DNA of 43,594 bases from Candidatus Heimdallarchaeota archaeon (GCA_019058275.1 JAHLVW010000110.1:1-43594); one strand, 5' to 3'. Positions 10,152-19,719 are shown, counted from the stretch's first letter. Notes: generated by a model not told the origin, from the sequence alone. Numbers and translations: made by a program.

Positions 10152-10476
10152 GAGTGAAGAAGCGAATCATAACAACTTAACAAATCACGCTTCTCGTCTC
10201 AATCTTAGAGCACACTCTGAGAACCTTTGGATAAACACCAGTTGCAGCGGGTTAGGTGTTTATTGAGCCACCAAAGAAAAAAGAGAAATCTTCTTACTTA
10301 CCCGAAAGAAGAGAATGGTGCTCGATTATGATGAGACGTTAAGAGCCGGAACACAATAGCACAACTCAGATGAGTCCTAGAATGCCAAACCGTATGTTAT
10401 TGTGTTAATTAGATGGTTGGACCCTAAGCCCATTTTCTCTATTGGTGCTTATTCCAACCATCTAACTGGTTTACTT
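10152..10476 (+). ncRNA. putative ~325-nt multi-domain structured ncRNA of unknown family
   Basis: No ORF; GC richer than the flanks. Nested helices: 10158-64/10188-94, 10195-201/10332-38, 10208-13/10318-23, 10225-30/10271-76, 10231-39/10255-63, 10289-95/10306-12, 10344-49/10466-71, 10350-61/10395-406, 10409-21/10453-65. G-U pairs favour the + strand. Confidence 0.7.
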
Positions 10477-10655
10477 CTATTATGGATTAACTGGGAATTT
10501 ATACTAAATGTTATTAGATTTAAAAGGCATGAGTTTTTTTAGTGAATTCACTAATATTAGTAAGATGCAGAATTGACAATTTATAAATACAATGATTTAC
10601 CATTTCAGATATAAATAAAATAGAGATTGTCAAATATAACTATTATAAGAGACTG

Positions 10656-13130
10656 GTGGCGTTTGACTTGGTTGTAGCTTTAAAAACAAAAGTAACAAAG
10701 GTATGTGTCGTGCTAATTCCTTTGATGCTATCTCTTGTAGCATTTCTAGTGCCACCTACAACAGTCAGATTGGAAATAGATGATTCTCAAAATGCAATTC
10801 TTAATTCGCAGGAAGTACAAACTAGTCTTACTGCAAGTATAAGTACAGAAAGTGAAACATCTAGAATCAAAGTTCAAAATTCTGATTCAATTAAAGATGA
10901 GCTTGGTCCAAATGCAGTAACCTCACCTATAATTCTTCGTGGAAATTACTTTACAGCAACAGGAAGACTTGAAGATACGCTTACAGGTTTAGGAGTTCCT
11001 GATGAACCAATCAAGATATTTTGGAATCACTTTTCGTGGACTGAATATGAAACTGATCGTTTTAATCTTGAAAGCAATTACCTGATTGGTCAAGGTCAAA
11101 CTGATAGTAATGGTGATTTTTCAATAACTACGAGAGATTCTGATCATTCTAAAGCAACAGGAGTTATAACTGTCTATTCTGTTTTTGAAGGTGATCCATT
11201 ATTGGGTCCTATTGAACAGAATCGTAACTTTACTACTGACATTGTTGATTGCTATGCAACAATCAGTATGAACTTAGCAGTAAATACTACAATAGTTCGG
11301 GAAGGAAGATCATTCATTGCTGATGCTAATTTGGTGTTTGATAATGGTACAACCCCTATAGTTGCTGCTGAAGGTGAAAACACAACCTTTGCTTGGTTAG
11401 GGAATATTACTGAAGTTACAATAGCAAGTTATGTAGCTAGCTCTACTTTCTTAGTTCCAATTGGAACAGCTGTAGGTGTTTTTTATCCTTTAGAAGCTTC
11501 GTTTAATGTCTCAATATTAGGATTGCCTCATGTAGTTGGAGATATCACATCTGAAGCTGATATAGGAACAGTAGCTGCTGATTGGGCAAATGCGTCTCGT
11601 TCTATTTTTGTTTTCACTGGTGCTGGTATTGTTTTTGATATTGATGAACCTGTAATACCAGGACCAGGGCAAAATCCTGAAGTTTTACGTGGTGAGACTC
11701 GAATAACTGTTTCAGGAATTTTATCAGATAGTGATGGATTACCTTTTGGATATGCAATTAGTGTTGATGTAAAAGTAAGCGGTATTATAATAATAACTGA
11801 CACAACCGATAATGATGGTAATTTTTCAATTCCCTTCATCATAATTAATTCATCTTTAGCTGTAGGTGTTCATGGTGTTAGTGTTAATGCTTCTGCAGGG
11901 GAAGGTATTAATGCTATTATTGAAACTGAAAATATAACTATCCTTGGGAATTCAAGTATGACTACTCCTACTATAACAGGTCCTCCTGTTGTTACTCCTT
12001 CTTTAGTTCTAGCTATGCCCAATGAAACTGTTCGGATTTTAGGTATAGTAAGAGATGTTTATGGTACTAATGATCCAATACCAAACATGCCTATTTCCGC
12101 ACAATGGGAAGATTATGGATTAGTATATAATACAATCACTTCCGTATCCGGATCATATACCTTCGATGTACAAATACCTGATACAATTAGTCCTGTTGAA
12201 AGAAATGGAACAGTCAATATAGTAACAAGTAGCACTCAATATTATACTGTATCTAGTTTAAGTGTCAATGTAGATGTTTTTACCAATAGTTTCTTCAACA
12301 TTTGGATGAACGCTTCAACAATAGTTGGTGGGTCTACTGTAACAAATCTTGGAGGAAATACACTTTATACTAATACTAATTTTACATTTCAAGGTTTGAT
12401 TAATGATCAATTTAATCGTCCTCTTGAAGACAGAATAATCGAATTTATAATCAATGGGAGTGTTGTAGACTCTGATAATCTAAATGCAAGCGGAGGTTAT
12501 AGTTATAATTTCAATAGTATCAGTGCTGGAGTTATTGCTGCGAATTATAACTTAACAATAGCATTGGTTGATGATCCATCCATGGCCTTCAGTTATTGGG
12601 TTCGATTTGAAGATCCCCCTCAACCATCTATTACTCCAACAACTCCTACTAATACAACACCAAATGGTGATTTTAATATGAATTTAGCAATTGGAATATT
12701 TGTAACAATGGTATCACTCATTGTAGTTGTAGCATCTGTCTATGCCTTTGGTCGTTTTAGAAGAACGAAGAAGATGGCAGCAGATATGGTTAATGACTAT
12801 ATGAATTTACCAGCAATTTTGAATCTGATAGATGAATCCGAAAGAGCAAAGGATTTCCGTCGAGCAGCAATTCTGTGTTATCGTGCTTTTGAAGCAATTT
12901 GTATGCAGGACTTACGTATACTTAATGCTAGAACACAATCACCTCGAGAGCTTGCTCGAATAGTAGCTTCAACTAATCGTATCCCTGTAAGAGATGTAAC
13001 AATGTTGGTTATGCGATATGAAGAAGCTCGATTTAGTGACCACAAAATAAACAAAAATTCATTCACACTCGCAAAGCAAGCTTTGGATAATGTGCAGTTA
13101 GCTTTAAGACAAGAACCAAAAGTAGGTTAG
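10656..13130 (+). CDS. large membrane-anchored surface protein (Ig-like beta-sandwich repeats, TM, cytoplasmic DUF4129-like domain)
   Basis: N-terminal signal/TM; repeated 'TGRLED..G', 'TDSNGDFSI', 'TDNDGNFSI' motifs; many N-x-S/T sites; Pro/Thr linker; TM; SQSPRELA/YEEARFS-type DUF4129 motif (TQSPRELAR...YEEARFS). Confidence 0.8.
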   Translation: MAFDLVVALKTKVTKVCVVLIPLMLSLVAFLVPPTTVRLEIDDSQNAILNSQEVQTSLTASISTESETSRIKVQNSDSIKDELGPNAVTSPIILRGNYFTATGRLEDTLTGLGVPDEPIKIFWNHFSWTEYETDRFNLESNYLIGQGQTDSNGDFSITTRDSDHSKATGVITVYSVFEGDPLLGPIEQNRNFTTDIVDCYATISMNLAVNTTIVREGRSFIADANLVFDNGTTPIVAAEGENTTFAWLGNITEVTIASYVASSTFLVPIGTAVGVFYPLEASFNVSILGLPHVVGDITSEADIGTVAADWANASRSIFVFTGAGIVFDIDEPVIPGPGQNPEVLRGETRITVSGILSDSDGLPFGYAISVDVKVSGIIIITDTTDNDGNFSIPFIIINSSLAVGVHGVSVNASAGEGINAIIETENITILGNSSMTTPTITGPPVVTPSLVLAMPNETVRILGIVRDVYGTNDPIPNMPISAQWEDYGLVYNTITSVSGSYTFDVQIPDTISPVERNGTVNIVTSSTQYYTVSSLSVNVDVFTNSFFNIWMNASTIVGGSTVTNLGGNTLYTNTNFTFQGLINDQFNRPLEDRIIEFIINGSVVDSDNLNASGGYSYNFNSISAGVIAANYNLTIALVDDPSMAFSYWVRFEDPPQPSITPTTPTNTTPNGDFNMNLAIGIFVTMVSLIVVVASVYAFGRFRRTKKMAADMVNDYMNLPAILNLIDESERAKDFRRAAILCYRAFEAICMQDLRILNARTQSPRELARIVASTNRIPVRDVTMLVMRYEEARFSDHKINKNSFTLAKQALDNVQLALRQEPKVG

Positions 13131-14651
13131 TTGATAGAGGTAAGAAAGATGGCAAGAAAATTCGATAGAAATGCATTCATCCTTACGATGATTTTCATAA
13201 TATTTTGTTTGCCTATTCTCTTATCTGTAACAAGAATCGGTCGTGAAGAAACAAGACAGTTTTCAATCTATAACACTGGATGGGATGGTACAAGTACTCT
13301 CAGAACTCAATTAGAAAGTCAAGGTTTTGAATTTCATCCAATAATTTCAACTCTAAACACTTTAACTCGAGTTGATACTATGGGTGTTTTAGCTCTCATT
13401 GGTCCAACTATCTTTTTTGATCCAACAGAAACTGCTGCATTGGCTTATTATATAATGAGAGGTGGTAGTGTTATCATAGCTGATGATTTTGGAAGAGCTA
13501 ATGATATTCTTGGCTTGATTAATTCTGTTATTGCACCATTTCTTAACAATATTAACCTTTCTGCTTTGGGTATTGAATCATTCCCATTAGCTGGAATAAA
13601 AATTAATCAATCTTTGTTATGTGATCCACTTTCAAATTATATAAGTCCAGTGATGCCAATAATTAGATCTTTTCATAATATTCCAGGGGGCCCTGATGTA
13701 AGTGGCTTGAGTAGCGTTATAACAAGCTTTCCATCATCAATATCCTTTTTAGGTTATGATGCAGAAGATGATAGAACCTTTTGGTCACCTAATATTAATC
13801 TCTATGTTAATAATGAATCAGTAGGATCAATAAATGGGATGCTTCAAAGTAGCAATCTTGGTTGGTTGGAATCAGATATCGCTGCTGCAAGAGAAGGTGA
13901 TTTATTAAGAAGCTCTGGTGAGTGGAACGGAACTTTTGGTATAATGCTACCTCTAGGATTAGCAGGCGCTGGTGTTGGTAATATACTCATTTGTTCAGAT
14001 CCAAGCATATTCATAAATGAGTTAATGGAACAACCAACCCATGATAATGCCCAATTGGCAAGCATTCTCTTTAATTGGTTAGATTTTAACAATTCAAGGA
14101 CCATATATTATGATGAATCTCATTTATCATCTGCACAAGGAAGGGCAGCATTAAGTATTTTTGATCCTTTCAGTTACATTAGTATGTATTTGCGATATGT
14201 TGATTCTTTTACCATGTTTCCATTATTGGCTCCACTCTTTCCATTTATTGCTTTCATCTTTTTGAGAAGAAGATATCCAAAAACAAGAGGTCCATCACCT
14301 CTATTGATGACTAAGATTAAACAGCGAAGATCAAGATCATTTTTCGCAGCAAAAATGGTCTGGTACCTGAATTATCAGCAATTTGATAATGCGGTAGATT
14401 TGCTCTATAAACGAGTAAAACGACGTTTACAAAAGAAATTTGGTATTACTGAAGATATCAATAGTGATACAATAATTGAGTTATTAGATGAACATTATCC
14501 TGATAAATTCAACTTAAAAGAAGTAGATAAAACACTTAAACGCATTGAATTTGTAACTCAAAAATCAAGGAAAATATCAGAGGAAGAATTTACTGATTTG
14601 GTTCTTAAAATTAAAGATTTAGAGGACAATACAACCAAATCAAACATGTAG
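13131..14651 (+). CDS. DUF4350-like membrane-anchored protein (probable start at ATG 13149)
   Basis: FSIYNTGWDGTS, GGSVIIADDFG, ICSDPSIFINE, IYYDESHL, then a TM and helical C-terminus. Confidence 0.8.
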   Translation: MIEVRKMARKFDRNAFILTMIFIIFCLPILLSVTRIGREETRQFSIYNTGWDGTSTLRTQLESQGFEFHPIISTLNTLTRVDTMGVLALIGPTIFFDPTETAALAYYIMRGGSVIIADDFGRANDILGLINSVIAPFLNNINLSALGIESFPLAGIKINQSLLCDPLSNYISPVMPIIRSFHNIPGGPDVSGLSSVITSFPSSISFLGYDAEDDRTFWSPNINLYVNNESVGSINGMLQSSNLGWLESDIAAAREGDLLRSSGEWNGTFGIMLPLGLAGAGVGNILICSDPSIFINELMEQPTHDNAQLASILFNWLDFNNSRTIYYDESHLSSAQGRAALSIFDPFSYISMYLRYVDSFTMFPLLAPLFPFIAFIFLRRRYPKTRGPSPLLMTKIKQRRSRSFFAAKMVWYLNYQQFDNAVDLLYKRVKRRLQKKFGITEDINSDTIIELLDEHYPDKFNLKEVDKTLKRIEFVTQKSRKISEEEFTDLVLKIKDLEDNTTKSNM

Positions 14652-14724
14652 ATTTTCCATATTTAATAAAAAAAGTAACTAAATACTATCATGATAAAAA
14701 AAATAAAATATTCGGGGTAAAAAA

Positions 14725-15732
14725 ATGACAGAATTTGTACCACCACCTCCACCAGAGAAAAAAGCAGCACGAGCAACTAGTCTTGTTGGTGTTTCCGATG
14801 TAGAAAGAATAGCTAAAAACATATCAGAAGAATTATCAAGTCATATCATTGGTATGAAAAGCACAGTCCAAAATCTATTGATAAGTTTGTTATGTGATGG
14901 ACATATTCTTTTAGAAGGTGTTCCTGGTATTGCAAAAACTACGTTAGCAAAATTATTTGCAGCTACATTAGGTTGCAAGTACAAACGTGTGCAATTTACA
15001 CCTGATTTATTACCATCAGATGTATTAGGCACAAATGTTTTTGATCAACGATCTGGAACCTTTAAATTGCGAAGAGGACCTATTTTTACGAACATTCTTC
15101 TAGCTGATGAAATAAACAGAGCTCCACCAAAAACACAAAGTGCTCTTTTAGAAGCAATGGCTGAAAGACAAGTTTCGATTGAAGGTAATACGTATATCCT
15201 TTCATCACCATTTATCGTTATTGCAACCCAGAACCCAATTGAGCAAGAAGGAACTTATCCTTTACCTGAAGCACAAGTGGATCGCTTTTTAATGAAAGCA
15301 GTAGTAGGATTACCTAATCCAGTAGAAGAAGAAAAGATCATCAAACTTAAACATGAACCAGAAGATAATCGAATTAATGAAATCACAACACCTGAAACAA
15401 TAGTCAAATTGCAAAAGGTCATACGAGAAGGTGTTTTTGTAGATCAAGGCATCATTGAATACATTAGAGACATAACAGTTCGAACTCGTACGGATCCAAG
15501 ATTGTTTTTAGGAGGAAGTCCAAGAGCAAGTATTGCTATGCTAAATAGCTCTAAAGCTTACGCTGCAATTTGTGGTCGTGATTATGTTGTTCCTGACGAT
15601 GTGAAAAGAATAGCAGTTGATGCTGTGTATCATCGTTTAATTTTGAAACCAGAAGCTGATCTCGAAGGAATTACTTCTCAATCAATTGTCAGAGAATTAA
15701 TACGTGATATACCAATTCGAGAAACTAGATAG
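14725..15732 (+). CDS. moxR: MoxR-family AAA+ ATPase
   Basis: HILLEGVPGIAKT, RVQFTPDLLPSD, LADEINRAPPKTQSALLEAM, ATQNPIEQEGTYPLPEAQVDRF, GSPRA. Confidence 0.95.
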   Translation: MTEFVPPPPPEKKAARATSLVGVSDVERIAKNISEELSSHIIGMKSTVQNLLISLLCDGHILLEGVPGIAKTTLAKLFAATLGCKYKRVQFTPDLLPSDVLGTNVFDQRSGTFKLRRGPIFTNILLADEINRAPPKTQSALLEAMAERQVSIEGNTYILSSPFIVIATQNPIEQEGTYPLPEAQVDRFLMKAVVGLPNPVEEEKIIKLKHEPEDNRINEITTPETIVKLQKVIREGVFVDQGIIEYIRDITVRTRTDPRLFLGGSPRASIAMLNSSKAYAAICGRDYVVPDDVKRIAVDAVYHRLILKPEADLEGITSQSIVRELIRDIPIRETR

Positions 15733-15781
15733 ACAAAGTAACAAACACCAAGTTCTCACACTATAGTTGGATTGAATATTT

Positions 15782-17179
15782 ATGATTTCAAAAAGAGGTT
15801 CCTTTATCCTTTTCGGAGGTTTATTCATGATTTCCGTAGGTTTAGCTTTGGAAGGTGTACAACCTGTTTTTGAAATAATAGAATTATTTACACAACAACA
15901 ATTAGCATATGGAGTATCCAACATAATAGTAACTTATTTCCTTCTTATTGGAATCTTAATGGTTATTGGAACTACTTTTGGTTATCCTATTTTTCGAATA
16001 CAAGCGAATACAGAAGGAATTGAAGTTCATAGAATTCTAGATAAGAAAAAATGCTTCGCAGGTGATTATATCCATGTACAGATTACAATCCATAATAAAG
16101 GACCAAATGCTATTGATCAATTAGAAATTTATGATGCATACCCCGAAACAATGGATTTGGTTCTAGGAGAAAATTATCTGTTTACAAGAATTAATGGAGG
16201 AGCAAAAGCAGAATTTTCCTATATATTACGAACACCAGTAAGAGGACTGTACAAAGTAGGTCCGACAAAAATAATAATACATGATAGATTAGGTTTTTAT
16301 CAAGAGGAGAAGATAAAGAAAGACTTTGATGAGGTTTTAGTTTATCCTTCTTATGAAGATATAAAGAAATTGAAAACACTAGGCGCAAAAAGACAGCTTG
16401 GTAAAATATTTGGTATTCATAGAACGAAGCTAAAAGGTACTGGTATGGAATTTTGGGGAATTAGAGATTATTACCCCGAAGATGCTTTCAGATATATAGA
16501 TTGGAAAGCATATAGTCGCACTAATAAATTACAAATACGTGAATTCGAAACTGAGAAAAACATCAGAATTATGGTACTACTTGATACTTCTCAAAGTATG
16601 GAACAAGGATTAATTCGTAATACTAAACTTGAATTTAGTATACGTTCTATTGTTTTATTAGCTCATATGGCTCAAGAAAGGAAAGATATTATGGGTCTTG
16701 CTACATTTAACAGCAAAGTAAATACATTCATACAACCTGGACAAGGGTTACATCATTTCAATAGAATTCTTGAAGATTTAGCTTATGTTCAGCCAGATGG
16801 ACCATCTTATCTAACAAATGCTGTTCATAATCTAATTATGAGGTATCGAAGTAGAGGTTTGCTGTTTATCATAACTGATTTAGAAGGCAAGAAAAAGGAT
16901 ATTTTGGATGGCATTCGAAAAGCTTCAGCTGCTGGTTATGATGTAATAGTACTATCTCCATTTGGTCCATTCTTTGAGATACAGAATACTCGTTTAGGAC
17001 CAACTGAAAAAGCATTAGGAGAAGCAATAGCTGAAGAATACTATGAAATTCGTCAGCGTTTGAGTAAAGACATTCAAAGATATCGTGCAGGAGTAATTTC
17101 TGTAGGTCCAGATGATTTCCTAGTATCAATAATAAATGAGTATCTAGAAGCAAAAAGGAGGGGTATTGGTCTTGTCTGA
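15782..17179 (+). CDS. DUF58 / VWA-domain membrane protein (MoxR partner)
   Basis: 2 N-terminal TMs, Ig-like segment, GMEFWGIRDY..D...IDWKA, REFETE, MIDAS DTSQS, ITD. Confidence 0.9.
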   Translation: MISKRGSFILFGGLFMISVGLALEGVQPVFEIIELFTQQQLAYGVSNIIVTYFLLIGILMVIGTTFGYPIFRIQANTEGIEVHRILDKKKCFAGDYIHVQITIHNKGPNAIDQLEIYDAYPETMDLVLGENYLFTRINGGAKAEFSYILRTPVRGLYKVGPTKIIIHDRLGFYQEEKIKKDFDEVLVYPSYEDIKKLKTLGAKRQLGKIFGIHRTKLKGTGMEFWGIRDYYPEDAFRYIDWKAYSRTNKLQIREFETEKNIRIMVLLDTSQSMEQGLIRNTKLEFSIRSIVLLAHMAQERKDIMGLATFNSKVNTFIQPGQGLHHFNRILEDLAYVQPDGPSYLTNAVHNLIMRYRSRGLLFIITDLEGKKKDILDGIRKASAAGYDVIVLSPFGPFFEIQNTRLGPTEKALGEAIAEEYYEIRQRLSKDIQRYRAGVISVGPDDFLVSIINEYLEAKRRGIGLV

Positions 17180-18545
17180 AAACTACAGCACCAGAGTAGA
17201 AGAAAGCAGAATAAGAAAAATGCGAAACTTACTTAATATGACTCGAGTATTCGCTGGAATAGTTTTCGTAAGTGCCTTTGCTCTAGTAGTGAGCTCAATA
17301 GATCCTGTGATTTGGAACTCTCAGTCATTTTGGTTTGGTTTGAAATTCTTTATCTTTGTATTTGAATTACTATTCCTCTTGATTGGTTATGCAATAGCTT
17401 TCATTTTGGGTTATGATGATGCAGGTGCAATTGCTTTAATGGATGCTATTCATACTGCTATATTTGGAGGAAATGAGACTATAATGGGAATTGATGCTCA
17501 GGATTTACTCACAAATCCTTTACAATTACCTACTCAACACAATATCATTGATTCCCTCTACGGTTTTCTAATAATAGTTGCACTTGCTGTTGCTCTTATT
17601 TCAGGATTAGGTTTCTTAAGAGATTGTAATCCCGCCATATCAGCAATTTCATTCTTTGCAATGAATATTGTTTTAGGTTTAGCTGCATTAAATGATAAAT
17701 TGCTAATTTCAATGGATTTTGATACAGGAAATCTAATTCAGATGGTTTTCTCGAAATTAATCATGACAGCATTTATGATCTATTTCGCTTTAGAATTAAG
17801 TTTTCAAGCAGGATATATTTACAGCGTAATTGGTCCAAATATTCAACGACACAAAAGAATATCAATGAATATAAAAAGACTAAAGGAATTTGAGATGCCA
17901 CTTGCTGAAACAAGAAGAACAACTGAAGAAGAAGATGAAGATTCAAGGAGTACTTTAGTACGAGGTAAAAATACCTCGGCTGCTAGACTAAAAGTTACTA
18001 CTGCTTTTTCGCAATTCAGGGGAATGGTTGGTAAAAAATTATTCAAGATTTCAGCTGAAGAAGATTGGGATAAAATGAATAATCGGTTAAAAACCTTTTA
18101 TTCTAAACTTGAAGTGAATGACCCTCTTATCTCAGTTTCTTTGTCCGCATCTTCGTATACTCCTTCGCTTGCTAGATTAATACTGATAATTACTTCAGGA
18201 ACCTTATTTAGAATGGTCATGTTATTATTGCTATCTTGGCTTGCATTAAATCCAGTACCCATTTTACGTTTCTTAAATATGCCAGATTCAATAATAACTA
18301 GCATTGAATCAGGACAACCAGAAATGATACTAGTTGTTTTAGCACCATTATCAATACTATTCATGTTGATTGGTTTGATTGTTCAGTTTATACAAAGAAG
18401 AGCATCAGAAAGAATGGAAAAATTGAGAGCAGGACCTGTAATCCATTCAGTATCAGAAGAAAAGGACAAAGAAAGAAGATTGCGTTTAAGAAGGAGATCT
18501 TCCAGATCTGAACCGAGAACAGAAAGCAACCAAAATGCCCAATAG
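17166..18545 (+). CDS. polytopic membrane protein of unknown function
   Basis: About 7 hydrophobic segments and a cytoplasmic loop; overlaps the DUF58 stop, suggesting coupling. Confidence 0.75.
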   Translation: MVLSENYSTRVEESRIRKMRNLLNMTRVFAGIVFVSAFALVVSSIDPVIWNSQSFWFGLKFFIFVFELLFLLIGYAIAFILGYDDAGAIALMDAIHTAIFGGNETIMGIDAQDLLTNPLQLPTQHNIIDSLYGFLIIVALAVALISGLGFLRDCNPAISAISFFAMNIVLGLAALNDKLLISMDFDTGNLIQMVFSKLIMTAFMIYFALELSFQAGYIYSVIGPNIQRHKRISMNIKRLKEFEMPLAETRRTTEEEDEDSRSTLVRGKNTSAARLKVTTAFSQFRGMVGKKLFKISAEEDWDKMNNRLKTFYSKLEVNDPLISVSLSASSYTPSLARLILIITSGTLFRMVMLLLLSWLALNPVPILRFLNMPDSIITSIESGQPEMILVVLAPLSILFMLIGLIVQFIQRRASERMEKLRAGPVIHSVSEEKDKERRLRLRRRSSRSEPRTESNQNAQ

Positions 18546-18612
18546 TTAAAGTATTTAACTGCTAATTTTCATTATGTTATGAAATAGATTATAATTAGTT
18601 GGGTGATATGTT

Positions 18613-19662
18613 TTGTCCAAAAAAAAGGATACCTTAGCAATTGGAGTAGACCTTGGAACTAGCCTTACAAAGCTAGTAGGTCCAGCTGGGAAGAAAATAG
18701 TAAAAATCCCTAGCCTTGTAGGAGATCCAAATCCTGGTTGGAAAGGATTAGGAACAGATAAATCTTGGATAAATAACCTTGTTCTTCAAACAGATGATGG
18801 TAAGAAGTATTTTGTTGGAGAATTAGCAAGACTTCAAAGTGAAATTAAACGACCATTAGCTGAATCTGGCAAAATGAAAAGTATGAAAGATGCAATAATT
18901 GCTATTAAAGCAGCATTATCTAATTTTGTAGAAAAAGATTATGCCAATCTTACTATTGCAACAGGCGTACCAGTAGCAAGTCCTCAAGATGAAATGACAA
19001 CACTTAGTAAGGGTCTTAAAGGAGCAATGACCGTCAATGTAGCTAATGATGCAACTGGGGAAGAAAAACAAATCAATTTGAAAATTGAACAATGCTTAGT
19101 AATGCCAGTTTGTTACGGTTCATATTATGAAATCTTGAAAACCTCTGGTGAGGATCGAGCAGTTGATGCTGTGGTTGTAGATATAGGTGCTGGAGCAACA
19201 AATATACTAACGGTCTATGAAGGACGATTAATGAGAACTGCTAGTGGTTCAGTTCAGGAATCAATCTCAACTCTTGCTGAAAGATTAGCAAGTAATCTAA
19301 ATCAACAAACCGGTAAGATTTTACGACCTTTCGAGTTGATTAAAGCTATTGAAGTAGGAAGGAAAAATGTCATGGTTGCTGGTGAGCAATATGACATTTC
19401 TGATACGATTAACTATTATGTAGGTTCAATTTCTGATATTATTGTTGATGAACTTCAAACACTTCTTGGTTCATTACCACCCGATGCTTGGATTGAAAAA
19501 GTAATTCTAACAGGTGGTGGTGCAGAAGTATTCGGAAGCAATATGAAGAACATTTTAACAGAAAATAACATTGTACATTCACCTGATGAAGTGATTGTAC
19601 CAAAAGATCCTGTTCTAGCAAATGCAATGGGATTCCAGAAAATAGCAGAAGCTCGAGCCTAA
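18613..19662 (+). CDS. actin-fold ATPase, ParM/StbA (Ta0583-like) family
   Basis: Phosphate-1 GVDLGTSLTK, IPSLVG, YFVGELA, TGVP, phosphate-2 VVDIGAGATN, adenosine ILTGGGA, connect-2 ANAMGF. Confidence 0.88.
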   Translation: MSKKKDTLAIGVDLGTSLTKLVGPAGKKIVKIPSLVGDPNPGWKGLGTDKSWINNLVLQTDDGKKYFVGELARLQSEIKRPLAESGKMKSMKDAIIAIKAALSNFVEKDYANLTIATGVPVASPQDEMTTLSKGLKGAMTVNVANDATGEEKQINLKIEQCLVMPVCYGSYYEILKTSGEDRAVDAVVVDIGAGATNILTVYEGRLMRTASGSVQESISTLAERLASNLNQQTGKILRPFELIKAIEVGRKNVMVAGEQYDISDTINYYVGSISDIIVDELQTLLGSLPPDAWIEKVILTGGGAEVFGSNMKNILTENNIVHSPDEVIVPKDPVLANAMGFQKIAEARA

Positions 19663-19678
19663 ATTAAAAACATAAAGT

Positions 19679-19708
19679 GATTCGCTAAAATAGCGAATCG
19701 TTTCTTTC
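19679..19708. terminator. hairpin plus T-rich tract between convergent genes
   Basis: GATTCGCTA-AAA-TAGCGAATC followed by GTTTCTTTC. Confidence 0.55.
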
Positions 19709-19719
19709 ATATTTTTCTA

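Noticed and set aside
10249-10256. GGGTTAGG telomere-like octamer
   Set aside because: Single short match, better explained by the kissing-loop pairing.
10343-10392. Group II intron domain V (GAGCCG) or hammerhead core (CAGATGAGTCC...AAAC)
   Set aside because: No matching ACGGTTC 3' strand at domain-V spacing; the hammerhead CUGAUGA/GAAA core and stem II are not satisfied.
10152-10476. SRP RNA or RNase P RNA (size fits)
   Set aside because: No helix-8 or P4 consensus on either strand. An AGAGAAAATGGGCTTA resemblance to RNase P CR-V on the minus strand is in the wrong position and lies inside a hairpin.
18613-19662. True Asgard actin (Lokiactin) or a plasmid parMRC system
   Set aside because: Motifs are ParM/StbA-like rather than actin-like (no DNGSG); no adjacent ParR or centromere repeats; chromosomal context.
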